Below are positions 27,664 through 37,192 of a stretch of 64,000 nt of DNA, in pieces; position 1 is the stretch's first letter, and each line of letters begins with the position of its first letter. A program made the position numbers and the translations under genes. Under the pieces are notes generated by a model that saw only the letters and a list, made by a program, of their open reading frames with translations, did not search any database and had not been told where the DNA came from. Source of the stretch: an uncultured Rickettsiales bacterium (GTDB lineage: Bacteria; Pseudomonadota; Alphaproteobacteria; Rickettsiales; RGZB01). Location: the NCBI GenBank assembly GCA_964467255.1, contig CAYXPR010000003.1, positions 1,145-65,144 on the forward strand. Direction: 5' to 3'.

Positions 27664-28206
27664 ATGCTTGAACTTTTAGCTGCATTTTTCTCTAATCCCG
27701 CCACGGCATGGGCGATGATTGGCGCAGGCTTCGTGCTCATTGAAGTACTCCTCATCCCCACTATGGGCTTTTTGTTTGCGGGCCTTGGTGCGCTCACGCT
27801 TTCTGGCTTTATCGCCTATGAGTTCATTGCGCCGGAAACATCCATTCTTTTACAAATTACGTATTTTTTCGGCCTTACCATGGCGTGGGCGGCTGGCCTG
27901 TGGGTACCGCTAAAACGCTGGATGAAGCAGCGCGAATCTGAGGGCTACACCGATATGATTGGCCAAACCGCCGAAGTGGAAGGCGGCAACCCGCTCGTGA
28001 AAGGCACGGCGGGCAAAGTGCGTTGGTCCGGCGCAGCAATGAACGCCATGCTGCCGAGCGATTGCCCGAAGGATAAGGTGCTGATTGGCGAAAAAGTCTA
28101 CATCATCGGCAAAAAGGGCAATACGCTGTATGTCAGCCCCGTTTCCATACCGATGCCGGACGAAGAAACACTGGAAAATTACCGCAAAAAAGACAAATTC
28201 ATTTAA
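27664..28206 (+). CDS. NfeD family membrane protein
   Basis: Hydrophobic N-terminal half plus OB-fold-like GKVRWSG C-terminus; directly upstream of an SPFH gene. Confidence 0.8.
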   Translation: MLELLAAFFSNPATAWAMIGAGFVLIEVLLIPTMGFLFAGLGALTLSGFIAYEFIAPETSILLQITYFFGLTMAWAAGLWVPLKRWMKQRESEGYTDMIGQTAEVEGGNPLVKGTAGKVRWSGAAMNAMLPSDCPKDKVLIGEKVYIIGKKGNTLYVSPVSIPMPDEETLENYRKKDKFI

Positions 28207-28218
28207 GGGAGCACTATC

Positions 28219-29154
28219 ATGGTAGAGATTAATTTCTTCTGGCTTGCTTTAGCTTTAGCCGCCGTTCTGGTTGTCTGGAAAGGCATCAAAATCGTGCCCC
28301 AGCAGGAAGCATGGATCGTGGAACGTCTCGGCAAATTCGACCGCAATTTGCAGCCCGGCTTACGCATTTTAGTACCGTTTGTAGAGCGCGTGGCCTACAA
28401 ACATTCTTTAAAAGAAGATGCGCTCGATATTAAAGAGCAAACCGCCATCACCAAAGACAACGTCACGCTGAATATCGACGGCGTGCTCTATGTCAAAATC
28501 GTCGACCCCGTGGCATCGTCTTACGGCGTGGCCGATCCTTACTTTGCGCTTTCACAGCTCGCACAAACCACTATGCGCTCTGAAATCGGTAAACTCACCA
28601 TGGACTCCACGTTTGAAGAACGCGACATGCTGAACGCCAACATCGTGCGCTCCATTAACGAAGCCGCCGTAGCATGGGGCATTCAGTGCATGCGCTATGA
28701 AATCCGCGACATCAACCCACCTACCACCGTGTTAAAGGCGATGGAATTGCAGGTGGCGGCAGAACGTCAGAAGCGTGCTTTGATTTTGGAATCCGAAGGT
28801 AAACGTCAGAGCCAAATCAACATCGCCGAAGGTCAAAAACAGGAAGTGGTGCTGGCATCTGAAGCTGCAAAAACTGATCAGATTAACCGCGCACAAGGTG
28901 AAGCCTCGGCCATTTTCGCGGTGGCAGAGGCCTCGGCCAAAGGGATTGGCGCCATCGCCACCGCCCTTCAACAAAAAGGCGGGGATGCCGCTGTGTCCAT
29001 GCGCCTTGCGGAACAGTATATCGATGCCTTCCGCCAGTTAAGCCGCAGCTCAAATACCTTGGTGCTACCTGCCACGGCGAATGATGCCGCCGGTATGGTG
29101 GGTCAGGCGCTAGCTGTGTTTGAAACGATTAAGAAATCATCGGGCGCAAAGTAA
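28219..29154 (+). CDS. SPFH/stomatin-like (paraslipin) protein
   Basis: IVPQQEAWIVERLGKF, LAQTTMRSEIG, RYEIRDI, QVAAERQKRA. Confidence 0.95.
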   Translation: MVEINFFWLALALAAVLVVWKGIKIVPQQEAWIVERLGKFDRNLQPGLRILVPFVERVAYKHSLKEDALDIKEQTAITKDNVTLNIDGVLYVKIVDPVASSYGVADPYFALSQLAQTTMRSEIGKLTMDSTFEERDMLNANIVRSINEAAVAWGIQCMRYEIRDINPPTTVLKAMELQVAAERQKRALILESEGKRQSQINIAEGQKQEVVLASEAAKTDQINRAQGEASAIFAVAEASAKGIGAIATALQQKGGDAAVSMRLAEQYIDAFRQLSRSSNTLVLPATANDAAGMVGQALAVFETIKKSSGAK

Positions 29155-29157
29155 GCC

Positions 29158-29640
29158 CTAGCTAAACGGAACCCCGCGCAGTTTATCTTCCTGCTGGGCA
29201 ATTTCCTCGCGAAGCGAGGCATAGCCCTGCGCCAGTTTGCTGCCAAGCGCGATAGAGCATAAATTGCTGCGGCAGCGTTCGTCCGGATAGACCGGGTTAT
29301 TTTCAGTCAGGATTCGTGCGACATCTTCTGCGGAATAGCCACGAATAGTCAGGGCACTTTTTTCCATACCGGGCACGCCGCTAAAACTCATATTGTCTGC
29401 ATTGATGCCGCGCGCTTCGAGTGCGTTTTTTAGCACCACTCCCATGCTGTCGCGGCTACGCGTGTAAAGAATAATGCCTTCTGCCAATTCGGATGAAACA
29501 GCGGCAGCGGTCACCAGCCCATCCGCATACAAGTCACGTATCATCAGCGCATCGGTGCGTTGATTGCGTTCCAAAACTATTCCGCTTGGTTTTTCTATCG
29601 CCACGGGGGGTGCTCGCTTTATAAATTCGTTTATTTCCAT
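29158..29640 (-). CDS. Hypothetical (orphan) protein, 160 aa
   Basis: Open frame filling the gap; own CtrA-type promoter; no recognisable motif. Confidence 0.7.
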   Translation of the reverse strand: MEINEFIKRAPPVAIEKPSGIVLERNQRTDALMIRDLYADGLVTAAAVSSELAEGIILYTRSRDSMGVVLKNALEARGINADNMSFSGVPGMEKSALTIRGYSAEDVARILTENNPVYPDERCRSNLCSIALGSKLAQGYASLREEIAQQEDKLRGVPFS

Positions 29641-29679
29641 GACCAGCTATGCTCATATAAGCCGCTGACCATAAATAGG

Positions 29680-29711
29680 ATTATACCGCCAGATGATTAA
29701 AAAACAGTTAA
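29680..29711 (-). promoter_or_regulatory. CtrA-type promoter for the 29158-29640 orphan
   Basis: TTAA-aaaacag-TTAA at 29697-29711; 11 nt; TATAAT on the minus strand at 29680-29685. Confidence 0.7.
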
Positions 29712-31528
29712 TGCCTATTTTTCTGATAGTTATGCTGGTTATCCTCTGCTTGGGCCGCGCTGCCAGCGCCGCCCCCCAGCATGCCATTGCCATGTGGGGC
29801 AAGCCCAAATACCCTGCCAGCTTCGCCCATTTTGACTATGTAAACCCCACCGCACCCAAAGGCGGCACGCTCCGCCAAGCGGCGATTGGCACGTTTGACA
29901 GCCTCAACCCTTACACACTTAAGGGCGCCGCCGCAGCGGGGCTAGGGCTTACCAGCGACACATTGATGGTTTCATCCAGCGACGAGGCTTTCACCGCCTA
30001 TGGGCTGATTGCCGAAAGCCTTGAGCTCGCCGCAGACCGTGGTTCGGTTATTTTCAACCTGCGGCCACAGGCAAAATGGCACGATGGCTCCCCCATCACG
30101 GCAGAGGATGTTGTGTTTTCCTACCACACCATCACCACCAAAGCGCACCCGTTTTATAAAGCGTATTATCGTGAGGTCAGCAGCGCTGAGGCATTGTCCC
30201 CGCGCCGCGTGAAGTTTACTTTCACCAACCCTAAAAACCGCGAACTGCCCATTATCGTGGGGCAGCTGCCCATTCTGTCCAAAGCCTTCTGGGAGAAACG
30301 CGATTTTGAAAAATCATCGTTTGATATACCACTCGAGAATGGCGCTTACCGCATTGATGCGCTTGAAGGCGGAAAATGGATTCGCTACGCCCGCGTGAAA
30401 GATTACTGGGCGAAAGATTTGCCGGTGAATAAAGGGCGTTTTAATTTCGACACCATCCAGTTCGATTATTACCGCGATGTCACCGTCGCCATTGAGGCGT
30501 TCAAAGCGGGAGAGTTTGACCTGCGCGAAGAAAACATCGCCAAGCTCTGGGCACAAAGCTACGAAGGTCCGGCGCTCAAAAAAGGGCTGATTAAAAAAGA
30601 AGAAATTCGCCACCACAACCCCACCGGCATGCAGGGATTCGTGCTGAACACCCGCCGCAGCAAATTTGCCGACCCGCAGGTGCGAGAGGCGCTCGCTTAC
30701 GCCTTTGACTTTGAGTGGGCCAATAAAAATTTATTCTTTAATGCCTACACCCGCACCTGGAGTTATTTTTCCAATTCCGAATTTGCTGCCACGGGCATGC
30801 CGGTTAAAGATGAGCTCGCGCTGCTTGAGCCTTACCGCGCGCAATTGCCATCCCGCCTTTTCACGCGTAGCTATGCCCCACCCATTACTGATGGCAGCGG
30901 CAACAACCGCGCCAATCTTTTGCGCGCCCGCAATTTGCTCAAAAAATCAGGCTGGATCGTAAAAAATGGCGCGCTGACCAATGCTGCCACGGGTGAAGTG
31001 ATGACGATAGAGTTCCTGCTTTCCTCTAGCAGTTTTGAGCGCGTGATTGCGCCGATGATTAAAAATCTCGCCAAGCTCGGCATCGTGGCGCGCATGCGCA
31101 CGGTGGATGGGTCGCAGTATGTGCAGCGCACCGATACGTTTGATTTCGATATCGTGGTGCATGTGTTTGGCCAAAGCAATTCCCCCGGCAATGAGCAGCT
31201 CGATTACTGGCACTCCACCAAGGCAGAGGTCGAAGGCAGCCAGAATATTGCCGGCATTAAAAATCCGGTGGTGGATGCGCTGGTAGAGCGCATCGTCAAA
31301 GCACAAAATAAGGAAGAACTCGTCGCCACCACCCGTGCACTCGACCGTGTGCTGCTATGGAATTTCTACACCATTCCCAACTGGCATGTGCGCAACTACC
31401 GCGTCGCAATGTGGGATAAGTTTGGCCGACCGGCGGTGAATCCCGATTACGACCTCGGCCTGCTGAACTGGTGGGCAGACCCTGCCAAAGAAAAGCGCCT
31501 TGCTACTGAAAAACAAGGAAAAAACTAG
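29693..31528 (+). CDS. yejA: Peptide ABC transporter substrate-binding protein (YejA-like); true start may be 29711 or 29732
   Basis: HAIAMWGKPKYPASFAHFDYVNPTAPKGG, GTFDSLNPY, YGLIAES, RALDRVLLW. Confidence 0.9.
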   Translation: MIKKQLMPIFLIVMLVILCLGRAASAAPQHAIAMWGKPKYPASFAHFDYVNPTAPKGGTLRQAAIGTFDSLNPYTLKGAAAAGLGLTSDTLMVSSSDEAFTAYGLIAESLELAADRGSVIFNLRPQAKWHDGSPITAEDVVFSYHTITTKAHPFYKAYYREVSSAEALSPRRVKFTFTNPKNRELPIIVGQLPILSKAFWEKRDFEKSSFDIPLENGAYRIDALEGGKWIRYARVKDYWAKDLPVNKGRFNFDTIQFDYYRDVTVAIEAFKAGEFDLREENIAKLWAQSYEGPALKKGLIKKEEIRHHNPTGMQGFVLNTRRSKFADPQVREALAYAFDFEWANKNLFFNAYTRTWSYFSNSEFAATGMPVKDELALLEPYRAQLPSRLFTRSYAPPITDGSGNNRANLLRARNLLKKSGWIVKNGALTNAATGEVMTIEFLLSSSSFERVIAPMIKNLAKLGIVARMRTVDGSQYVQRTDTFDFDIVVHVFGQSNSPGNEQLDYWHSTKAEVEGSQNIAGIKNPVVDALVERIVKAQNKEELVATTRALDRVLLWNFYTIPNWHVRNYRVAMWDKFGRPAVNPDYDLGLLNWWADPAKEKRLATEKQGKN

Positions 31529-31610
31529 CCCCCATCTTCCCCCTTTAGCATGTTTTGCTTTTTAGCTAAAATTGCGGTATTATTAATTTGTTAATTATTT
31601 GGAGCATTAC

Positions 31611-32288
31611 ATGGCAGTCGTGGATGTCGGTCAGTTAAGTGCGGGCGCTGAGCACCGCATACATAACGACGCAAACCTTGAGCGTGTTGGCGCCGCGAAG
31701 CAGATGAAAGCGGGCGGTATGGTCACACAGGCTGGTGCTGGCGTCACGCAAGCTGGCTTCGGGGTAAACACGGCCGGTGTGGGTAAAAACGACTTAGGTG
31801 GCGGCGGCGGCGGCGCTCCTTCTCCGCGCAGCGCTCCTTCCCCGCAAATGGGCGGTGGTGAAGGTGGCGCACCAATGGGTGGTGGTGCAGGCCCTCGCGG
31901 CGGTCGTCAATCTGCTATGCCGAGCGATGATGGCATGAGCAATCCATCCGGCCCATCTGGCGGCGGACGCAGTGGCCCCGCAAATGACGATATGCATAAT
32001 GCTTCTGGCCCATCCGGTGGCGGACGCGGTGGTGATGATTTACACAGTGGTGGCGGACGCGGTGGCGATGATGGCTTACATGGCGGTGGTGGTGGGCAAA
32101 ACTCGCTCGACCCGAAAGACCTGTGGGCCGACCAGCCGTATGTGCTGCGCGATGGCAAACTCGCCATTCAAGGTCCGGGTGGCGGCAAGAACGTGCTGGA
32201 ACTCGTATTCTCCAGCAGCAAAGGTAAGCAGCAGATGTATGGTGCCGATGGTAAGCCAATTGGTGCGCCGATTGGTCCTGGCCGCTAA
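31611..32288 (+). CDS. Gly-rich low-complexity orphan protein with internal repeats
   Basis: GGAG SD before ATG 31611; repeats SGPSGGGR.G..DD(M/L)H and VTQAG; short globular-looking C-terminus. Confidence 0.75.
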   Translation: MAVVDVGQLSAGAEHRIHNDANLERVGAAKQMKAGGMVTQAGAGVTQAGFGVNTAGVGKNDLGGGGGGAPSPRSAPSPQMGGGEGGAPMGGGAGPRGGRQSAMPSDDGMSNPSGPSGGGRSGPANDDMHNASGPSGGGRGGDDLHSGGGRGGDDGLHGGGGGQNSLDPKDLWADQPYVLRDGKLAIQGPGGGKNVLELVFSSSKGKQQMYGADGKPIGAPIGPGR

Positions 32289-32345
32289 TTCCATCTCGGT
32301 TTTTAACCCTTCCTATTTTTTTGATTTTCCTGTAGCACCTAACAC

Positions 32346-33461
32346 ATGGGTGCATACATCTTAAAGCGTCTGCTTTTTATCATCCCCACCTTGCTCGGCA
32401 TCATGGTGGTGAACTTTCTTATTGTTCAGGCGGCCCCTGGTGGCCCCGTGGAGCAGATGATTGCAAAAATGACCGGCAAAGGCGGTGATGTCACCGAGCG
32501 CTTCACCGGTGCAGGCGCGAGCGACACGCTCACCACTGCACGCAACATTCAGGCCGCACCCGGCACAGGCGGCAACAACAAATATCGTGGTGCGCAAGGG
32601 CTCGACCCCAAGCTGATTAAAGAAATCGAAACACTCTATGGCTTCGATAAACCCGCGCATGAGCGGTTCTTTATCATGATGAAAAATTACATGATGTTCG
32701 ATTTCGGCGAGAGTTTCTTCAAAAACCAAAACGTGGTGGATTTGGTGCTCGATAAAATGCCCGTTTCCATTTCGCTTGGCCTATGGACCACGCTCCTCAC
32801 TTATCTCATTTCCATTCCGCTCGGCATTAAAAAAGCGGTGAAGGACGGGACGCCGTTTGACCTCTGGAGCAGCACCGCCATCATCGTCGGTTATGCTATT
32901 CCCAGCTTTTTATTCGCGGTGCTTTTAATTGTGCTCTTCGCGGGTGGCAGCTACTGGCAGATTTTCCCCTTACGCGGATTAGTGTCCGACAATTTTGAAA
33001 GCCTCAGCCTTGCCGGAAAAATCATGGATTACGCATGGCATCTGTTCCTGCCTGTGCTGGCAATGGTGATTGGCGGGTTTGCCAGCCTCACGCTGCTGTG
33101 CAAAAATTCATTCCTTGAAGAAATCTCGAAGCAATACACCCTCACCGCGCGTGCCAAAGGATGCAGCGAGCAGCAGGTGCTCTATGGCCATATTTTCCGA
33201 AATGCGATGCTGATTGTGATTGCTGGTTTTCCGGCAGCGTTTTTATCCATCCTCTTCACCGGCTCATTGCTGATTGAAGTGATTTTCTCGCTCGATGGCT
33301 TGGGGCTTTTGGGTTTTGAAGCCGCCATTTCGCGCGACTATCCGGTCATGTTCGGCACGTTGTTTTTCTTCACGCTGCTGGGGCTTATTTTCGGCATCAT
33401 CGGCGATGTGGTCTATGTGCTGGTCGACCCGCGCATCGACTTTGCCTCACGCGAGGTCTAA
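32346..33461 (+). CDS. yejB: Peptide ABC transporter permease
   Basis: [41 protein letters not shown]. Confidence 0.95.
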   Translation: MGAYILKRLLFIIPTLLGIMVVNFLIVQAAPGGPVEQMIAKMTGKGGDVTERFTGAGASDTLTTARNIQAAPGTGGNNKYRGAQGLDPKLIKEIETLYGFDKPAHERFFIMMKNYMMFDFGESFFKNQNVVDLVLDKMPVSISLGLWTTLLTYLISIPLGIKKAVKDGTPFDLWSSTAIIVGYAIPSFLFAVLLIVLFAGGSYWQIFPLRGLVSDNFESLSLAGKIMDYAWHLFLPVLAMVIGGFASLTLLCKNSFLEEISKQYTLTARAKGCSEQQVLYGHIFRNAMLIVIAGFPAAFLSILFTGSLLIEVIFSLDGLGLLGFEAAISRDYPVMFGTLFFFTLLGLIFGIIGDVVYVLVDPRIDFASREV

Positions 33462-33466
33462 TCCAC

Positions 33467-34462
33467 TTAGCCCGGCTCCTGCCCGTCTGGCTTCACGATT
33501 TTATTCAGGCGTTCTTCTTCCCTGTTCAACCAGCCGAGCGCGGCTATCTCTGTACCTTTGCGCAAGACATCAAATTGACCACCCTCATTCGCCAGCCTCT
33601 TCCGCGCCTCTGTTTCCTGGCGCGCAAAGGGGTCCTCATTCAGCGGTCTGCCTGCCGCTGCATTCAGCATCGCGTTCATCAATTCTTGCATCAGCTCTTT
33701 TTCCGTGGGCGCAATCTCAATTAAAGCTCCTTCACGCACCAACGGCAGGCGCATCTCATCTTGCCGCGTGAGAAATGCTGTGTTGCTCAGCACATGCAGC
33801 ACGGGCGGCAATGTAGAAAGCGCCGATTTTTGTATCTCATCCAGCGGAGTCGGCACTTCGGGGCGCACAATCATCAGCTTCACATTCTCGCCTTCGCGCA
33901 GCAACGTGCTGCTCAGCGCCTCGGGGGTTGCCACGCGCAATACCACAAGACCTGCGTCCCTTGCCATCAGGCTCACAAGCCTTTGGTTACCCTCCACCTC
34001 TTCGGGTTGGTAGAAAATCACTTTGGGGTCGTCTGAGGTTGGGCGCTGGCCTTTGGCGAGTGCCGCCATCACCATGTCTGTCATCACCTGCATGGGGTTA
34101 TCCACCGCAGCATGCGGGAACACATAATCGTAGGCGCAATTTTTCGCGGGGCCGATGTTCAGGTTCGGGTCGCCCGAATCCAAGATGATGTAAATTTTTT
34201 CTGGATCCTTCACCACCAAACCGGCGCGTATATTTTCGGCAAAGCGTATGCCATTTTTGCCGCCAGGCAGGTCCACATCGGTGACCACCACGCTCACGGT
34301 GCCACCTTCGGCTTCGTGCGCTTTCATCAGGTCCCCAGCCTCTTCCGCGCTAAATGCTTTCAGCACATTAAGCCCCTTGCGGAGCAGGTGCATTTCCGTC
34401 AGCATGGCAAGTGACTCGTCGTCATTTATCACCACTACGGTATGTTGCTTCTGGTCTTGCAT
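33467..34462 (-). CDS. Atypical receiver-domain protein (receiver plus degenerate second receiver-like region)
   Basis: VVVINDD...VVVTDVDLPGGKNG...IILDSG; conserved Lys apparently absent; start reassigned to ATG 34462 (AAGGA SD). Confidence 0.7.
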   Translation of the reverse strand: MQDQKQHTVVVINDDESLAMLTEMHLLRKGLNVLKAFSAEEAGDLMKAHEAEGGTVSVVVTDVDLPGGKNGIRFAENIRAGLVVKDPEKIYIILDSGDPNLNIGPAKNCAYDYVFPHAAVDNPMQVMTDMVMAALAKGQRPTSDDPKVIFYQPEEVEGNQRLVSLMARDAGLVVLRVATPEALSSTLLREGENVKLMIVRPEVPTPLDEIQKSALSTLPPVLHVLSNTAFLTRQDEMRLPLVREGALIEIAPTEKELMQELMNAMLNAAAGRPLNEDPFARQETEARKRLANEGGQFDVLRKGTEIAALGWLNREEERLNKIVKPDGQEPG

Positions 34463-34490
34463 CGCAGCAATCCTTGCGTTACTGGTCATA

Positions 34491-34523
34491 AGTATAAACC
34501 CGAATGCCTTAATAAAAGGTTGA
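34491..34523 (-). promoter_or_regulatory. CtrA-type promoter (1 mismatch) for the receiver-domain orphan
   Basis: TTAA-taaaagg-TTGA at 34509-34523; 12 nt; TATACT on the minus strand at 34491-34496. Confidence 0.55.
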
Positions 34524-34526
34524 TAT

Positions 34527-35552
34527 ATGCCATTTTCTCCCCTTGCCCAGCGGCGGCTTGCGGCATTCCGTGCTAATCGGCGCGGCTGGTATAGCCTTTT
34601 GATTTTCCTCGTTTTATTTGGCATTTCGCTGGGTGCGGAACTGGTCGCCAACAGCCGCCCGCTTCTCGTGATGCATCAGGGGGATTTCTATTTCCCCGCA
34701 TTTAAATTTTATCCTGAAACCGCCTTCGGGGGCGATTTTGAAACCGAGGCCGATTACCGCGACCCTTACGTGGTAAAGCTGATTGAAGAGCGTGGCAAAG
34801 GTTGGATGGTCTGGCCACTCGTGCGCTACGATTATTCCACCATCAATTACGATTTACCTGTGCCCGCACCCGCACCGCCCTCGGCCGATAATTGGCTCGG
34901 CACCGACGACCAAGGGCGTGACGTCGTTGCGCGGCTGATTTATGGCTTTCGTATTTCGGTTTTATTCGGCCTCGCCCTCACGTTTTTCAGCTCCATTATC
35001 GGCATCGCGGCGGGCGCGGTGCAGGGTTATTTTGGCGGCTGGGTGGATTTGCTGTTCCAGCGCTTCATGGAAATTTGGGGCGGGCTGCCGATATTATATT
35101 TGCTCATCATTCTTGCCAGCCTTGTCGAGCCTACTTTCTGGTGGCTTTTAGGTCTCATGCTGCTCTTCAGCTGGATGAGCCTTGTGGGCGTAGTGCGCGC
35201 CGAGTTTTTAAAGGTGCGTAATTTTGAATATGTGAAAGCCGCGCGCGCGCTCGGCGTCAAAGAACATGTGATTATCACGCGCCATATTTTGCCCAATGCC
35301 ATCGTCGCCGCACTCACCTTTCTGCCCTTCATTTTGAATAGCTCTATCACCACCCTCACCTCGCTCGACTTCCTTGGCCTTGGGCTTTCTTTAAACAGTC
35401 CCTCCCTTGGCGAGCTTTTGGCACAGGGAAAGGCAAATTTAAGTGCACCGTGGCTGGGTATTTCTGGGTTCATTGTTCTGGCTATGATACTGACTTTACT
35501 TATCTTTATAGGCGAAGCCGTGCGCGATGCCTTCAGCCCCCGCAAAGGCTGA
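34527..35552 (+). CDS. yejE: Peptide ABC transporter permease
   Basis: FRANRRGWYSL, FGGDFETEADYRDP, LGTDDQGRDVVARLIYGFRIS, IGEAVRDAF. Confidence 0.95.
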   Translation: MPFSPLAQRRLAAFRANRRGWYSLLIFLVLFGISLGAELVANSRPLLVMHQGDFYFPAFKFYPETAFGGDFETEADYRDPYVVKLIEERGKGWMVWPLVRYDYSTINYDLPVPAPAPPSADNWLGTDDQGRDVVARLIYGFRISVLFGLALTFFSSIIGIAAGAVQGYFGGWVDLLFQRFMEIWGGLPILYLLIILASLVEPTFWWLLGLMLLFSWMSLVGVVRAEFLKVRNFEYVKAARALGVKEHVIITRHILPNAIVAALTFLPFILNSSITTLTSLDFLGLGLSLNSPSLGELLAQGKANLSAPWLGISGFIVLAMILTLLIFIGEAVRDAFSPRKG

Positions 35553-35584
35553 TTAACCAATCCTTAATCTATTTTTGCTAAAAT
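35553..35584 (+). promoter_or_regulatory. CtrA-type promoter for the 35613 orphan
   Basis: TTAA-ccaatcc-TTAA at 35553-35567; 11 nt; TAAAAT at 35579-35584. Confidence 0.7.
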
Positions 35585-35612
35585 TTTAGGCAATAAAGGG
35601 ATGGGAGTTTTT

Positions 35613-36083
35613 ATGGGCGATACTGAAAATCCAACACCACGGAACAGTGATGATAATCTCGCGGGTCTACGCGGCGATGAAACGTCTTACGCTGAACAAA
35701 ATATTATCGCTCCCATTGTCGATGATAGTTTGGCACAGCTTGCCGAAAACGGCGCCGATGCGGGCGATATCACACAAGTCACCAGCATGCTGGCGGCACG
35801 CGGCGTTACCATCACGCCGCAAATTGAAGCACTGATTCGCCGCAAAATTGAAGAAGCTGAAATAAAAAAAGGGACCACGAATAAAGAGGCAGAGGCCGCC
35901 AAGAGCCCTGATGGAAAAGGCACGGGTGGTTTGGAAGATGAACTTGCCGGCATCCGCGGCAACTTTGCAGCAGAAAGCGCGGGCATGGCCGCAGAAGCAC
36001 CACCGCCACCAGCAAAAGGCGCAGGGCAAGGAATGGATATGAGCTATTTCAGCCGCATGAGTGATCCAAACAAAAAGAAGTAG
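35613..36083 (+). CDS. Hypothetical acidic, largely disordered orphan protein
   Basis: GGGAG SD before ATG 35613 (alternative start 35601); PPPP and a basic tail. Confidence 0.7.
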   Translation: MGDTENPTPRNSDDNLAGLRGDETSYAEQNIIAPIVDDSLAQLAENGADAGDITQVTSMLAARGVTITPQIEALIRRKIEEAEIKKGTTNKEAEAAKSPDGKGTGGLEDELAGIRGNFAAESAGMAAEAPPPPAKGAGQGMDMSYFSRMSDPNKKK

Positions 36084-36084
36084 G

Positions 36085-36438
36085 TTAGCGGCGTGCTTCC
36101 AGCATACAGGAAATGCCGTCGATAAAACGCACGGGTGCGTCGGGTTTTTCTACCACCACTTTTGTGTATTTCACCCGCGGGCGGCTCATCACAATGTCCA
36201 CCACAAACTGCGTGAGTTTTTCAATCAGGTTGAATTCCGTCGCCGGTACTTTTTCGATAATTTCTTCCACCAGTTTCTGGTAGTCCACCGCAAAATCCAC
36301 CACGTCTTTGGCCACCGCTTCCTTTTCATCAATTTCAAACGTGATGTGAATAATCACACGCTGCTTCTGCGTGCGCTCCTCCGGCCAGAAGCCGAGAATT
36401 GTTTCAAGCCTTAGGCCGTGGATACTAATTTGCGCCAT
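36085..36438 (-). CDS. folB: Dihydroneopterin aldolase / FolX-like
   Basis: ISIHGLRLETILG...ERTQKQRVII...VDY...FNLIEKL...VEKPDA. Confidence 0.88.
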   Translation of the reverse strand: MAQISIHGLRLETILGFWPEERTQKQRVIIHITFEIDEKEAVAKDVVDFAVDYQKLVEEIIEKVPATEFNLIEKLTQFVVDIVMSRPRVKYTKVVVEKPDAPVRFIDGISCMLEARR

Positions 36439-36448
36439 CGCTTAACCC

Positions 36449-37192
36449 CTACACTAATTGCTCGCCACTATCGGCGAAAATACATTGCCCCGTCAGCGTG
36501 CTTGCAGCAAGCAGTAACACCGCATCGGCTATTTCTTCGAACGTCACCAGCTGCTGCATCGGCAAGCGCTGCCGCTTCGCTTTAAGGTAGGCTGCACTTA
36601 CTTCTTTGCTTTGCCCTGTTGTCCCGGGCGCTACCGCATTCACGCGGATATGCGGCGCCAATTCGCGGGCAGCCATACGGGTAAAATGAAACAATGTTTT
36701 TTTAGAGAGTAGGTACGCAAAATAGCTTTCCGTATCTTTCGTTACATACGTATCGAGAATATTAATCACCTGCCCTTTTTTGGCGTGCTTTGCAAAAGCC
36801 TGTGTCAGAAAAAATGGTGCCTTGAAGTTAATCGCCATATGGCGGTCGAATCGGTCTTCGCTGGTTTCCATCATGCTGCTGCGCTCAAATATTGAGGCGC
36901 TGTTGATGAGAAAATCAAGCGCCGGAAAATCTTTCTTCACACGCGCCACGAGCGGCATATAGTGTTTCGGCTGCGCGAGGTCTGCCTTATACAGTCGACA
37001 GCGCACGCCACGCTTTTCTACATCTTGTTTGGTTTTCTCTGCCGCCTTGGCCGACGTATTGTAGTGCAGCGCAACGTCATACCCCTCCGCCGCCAACCGC
37101 AGCGCCAGCGTGCGCCCAAGGCGCACCGCACCGCCGGTAATCAAGACAGCAGGGGCTTTTTTCTTAACGCGTGTGCTTTTTTTTCTTCGCAT
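36449..37192 (-). CDS. Pteridine reductase-like SDR (FolM-like)
   Basis: TGGAVRLG, HYNTS, NSASIF, YLLSK, RVNAVAPG; adjacent to folB. Confidence 0.88.
   Translation of the reverse strand: MRRKKSTRVKKKAPAVLITGGAVRLGRTLALRLAAEGYDVALHYNTSAKAAEKTKQDVEKRGVRCRLYKADLAQPKHYMPLVARVKKDFPALDFLINSASIFERSSMMETSEDRFDRHMAINFKAPFFLTQAFAKHAKKGQVINILDTYVTKDTESYFAYLLSKKTLFHFTRMAARELAPHIRVNAVAPGTTGQSKEVSAAYLKAKRQRLPMQQLVTFEEIADAVLLLAASTLTGQCIFADSGEQLV

Noticed and set aside
31540-31600. CtrA box upstream of the Gly-rich orphan
   Set aside because: The TTAA half-sites are only 4 nt apart (ttaatttgttaa), so it is not counted in the regulon
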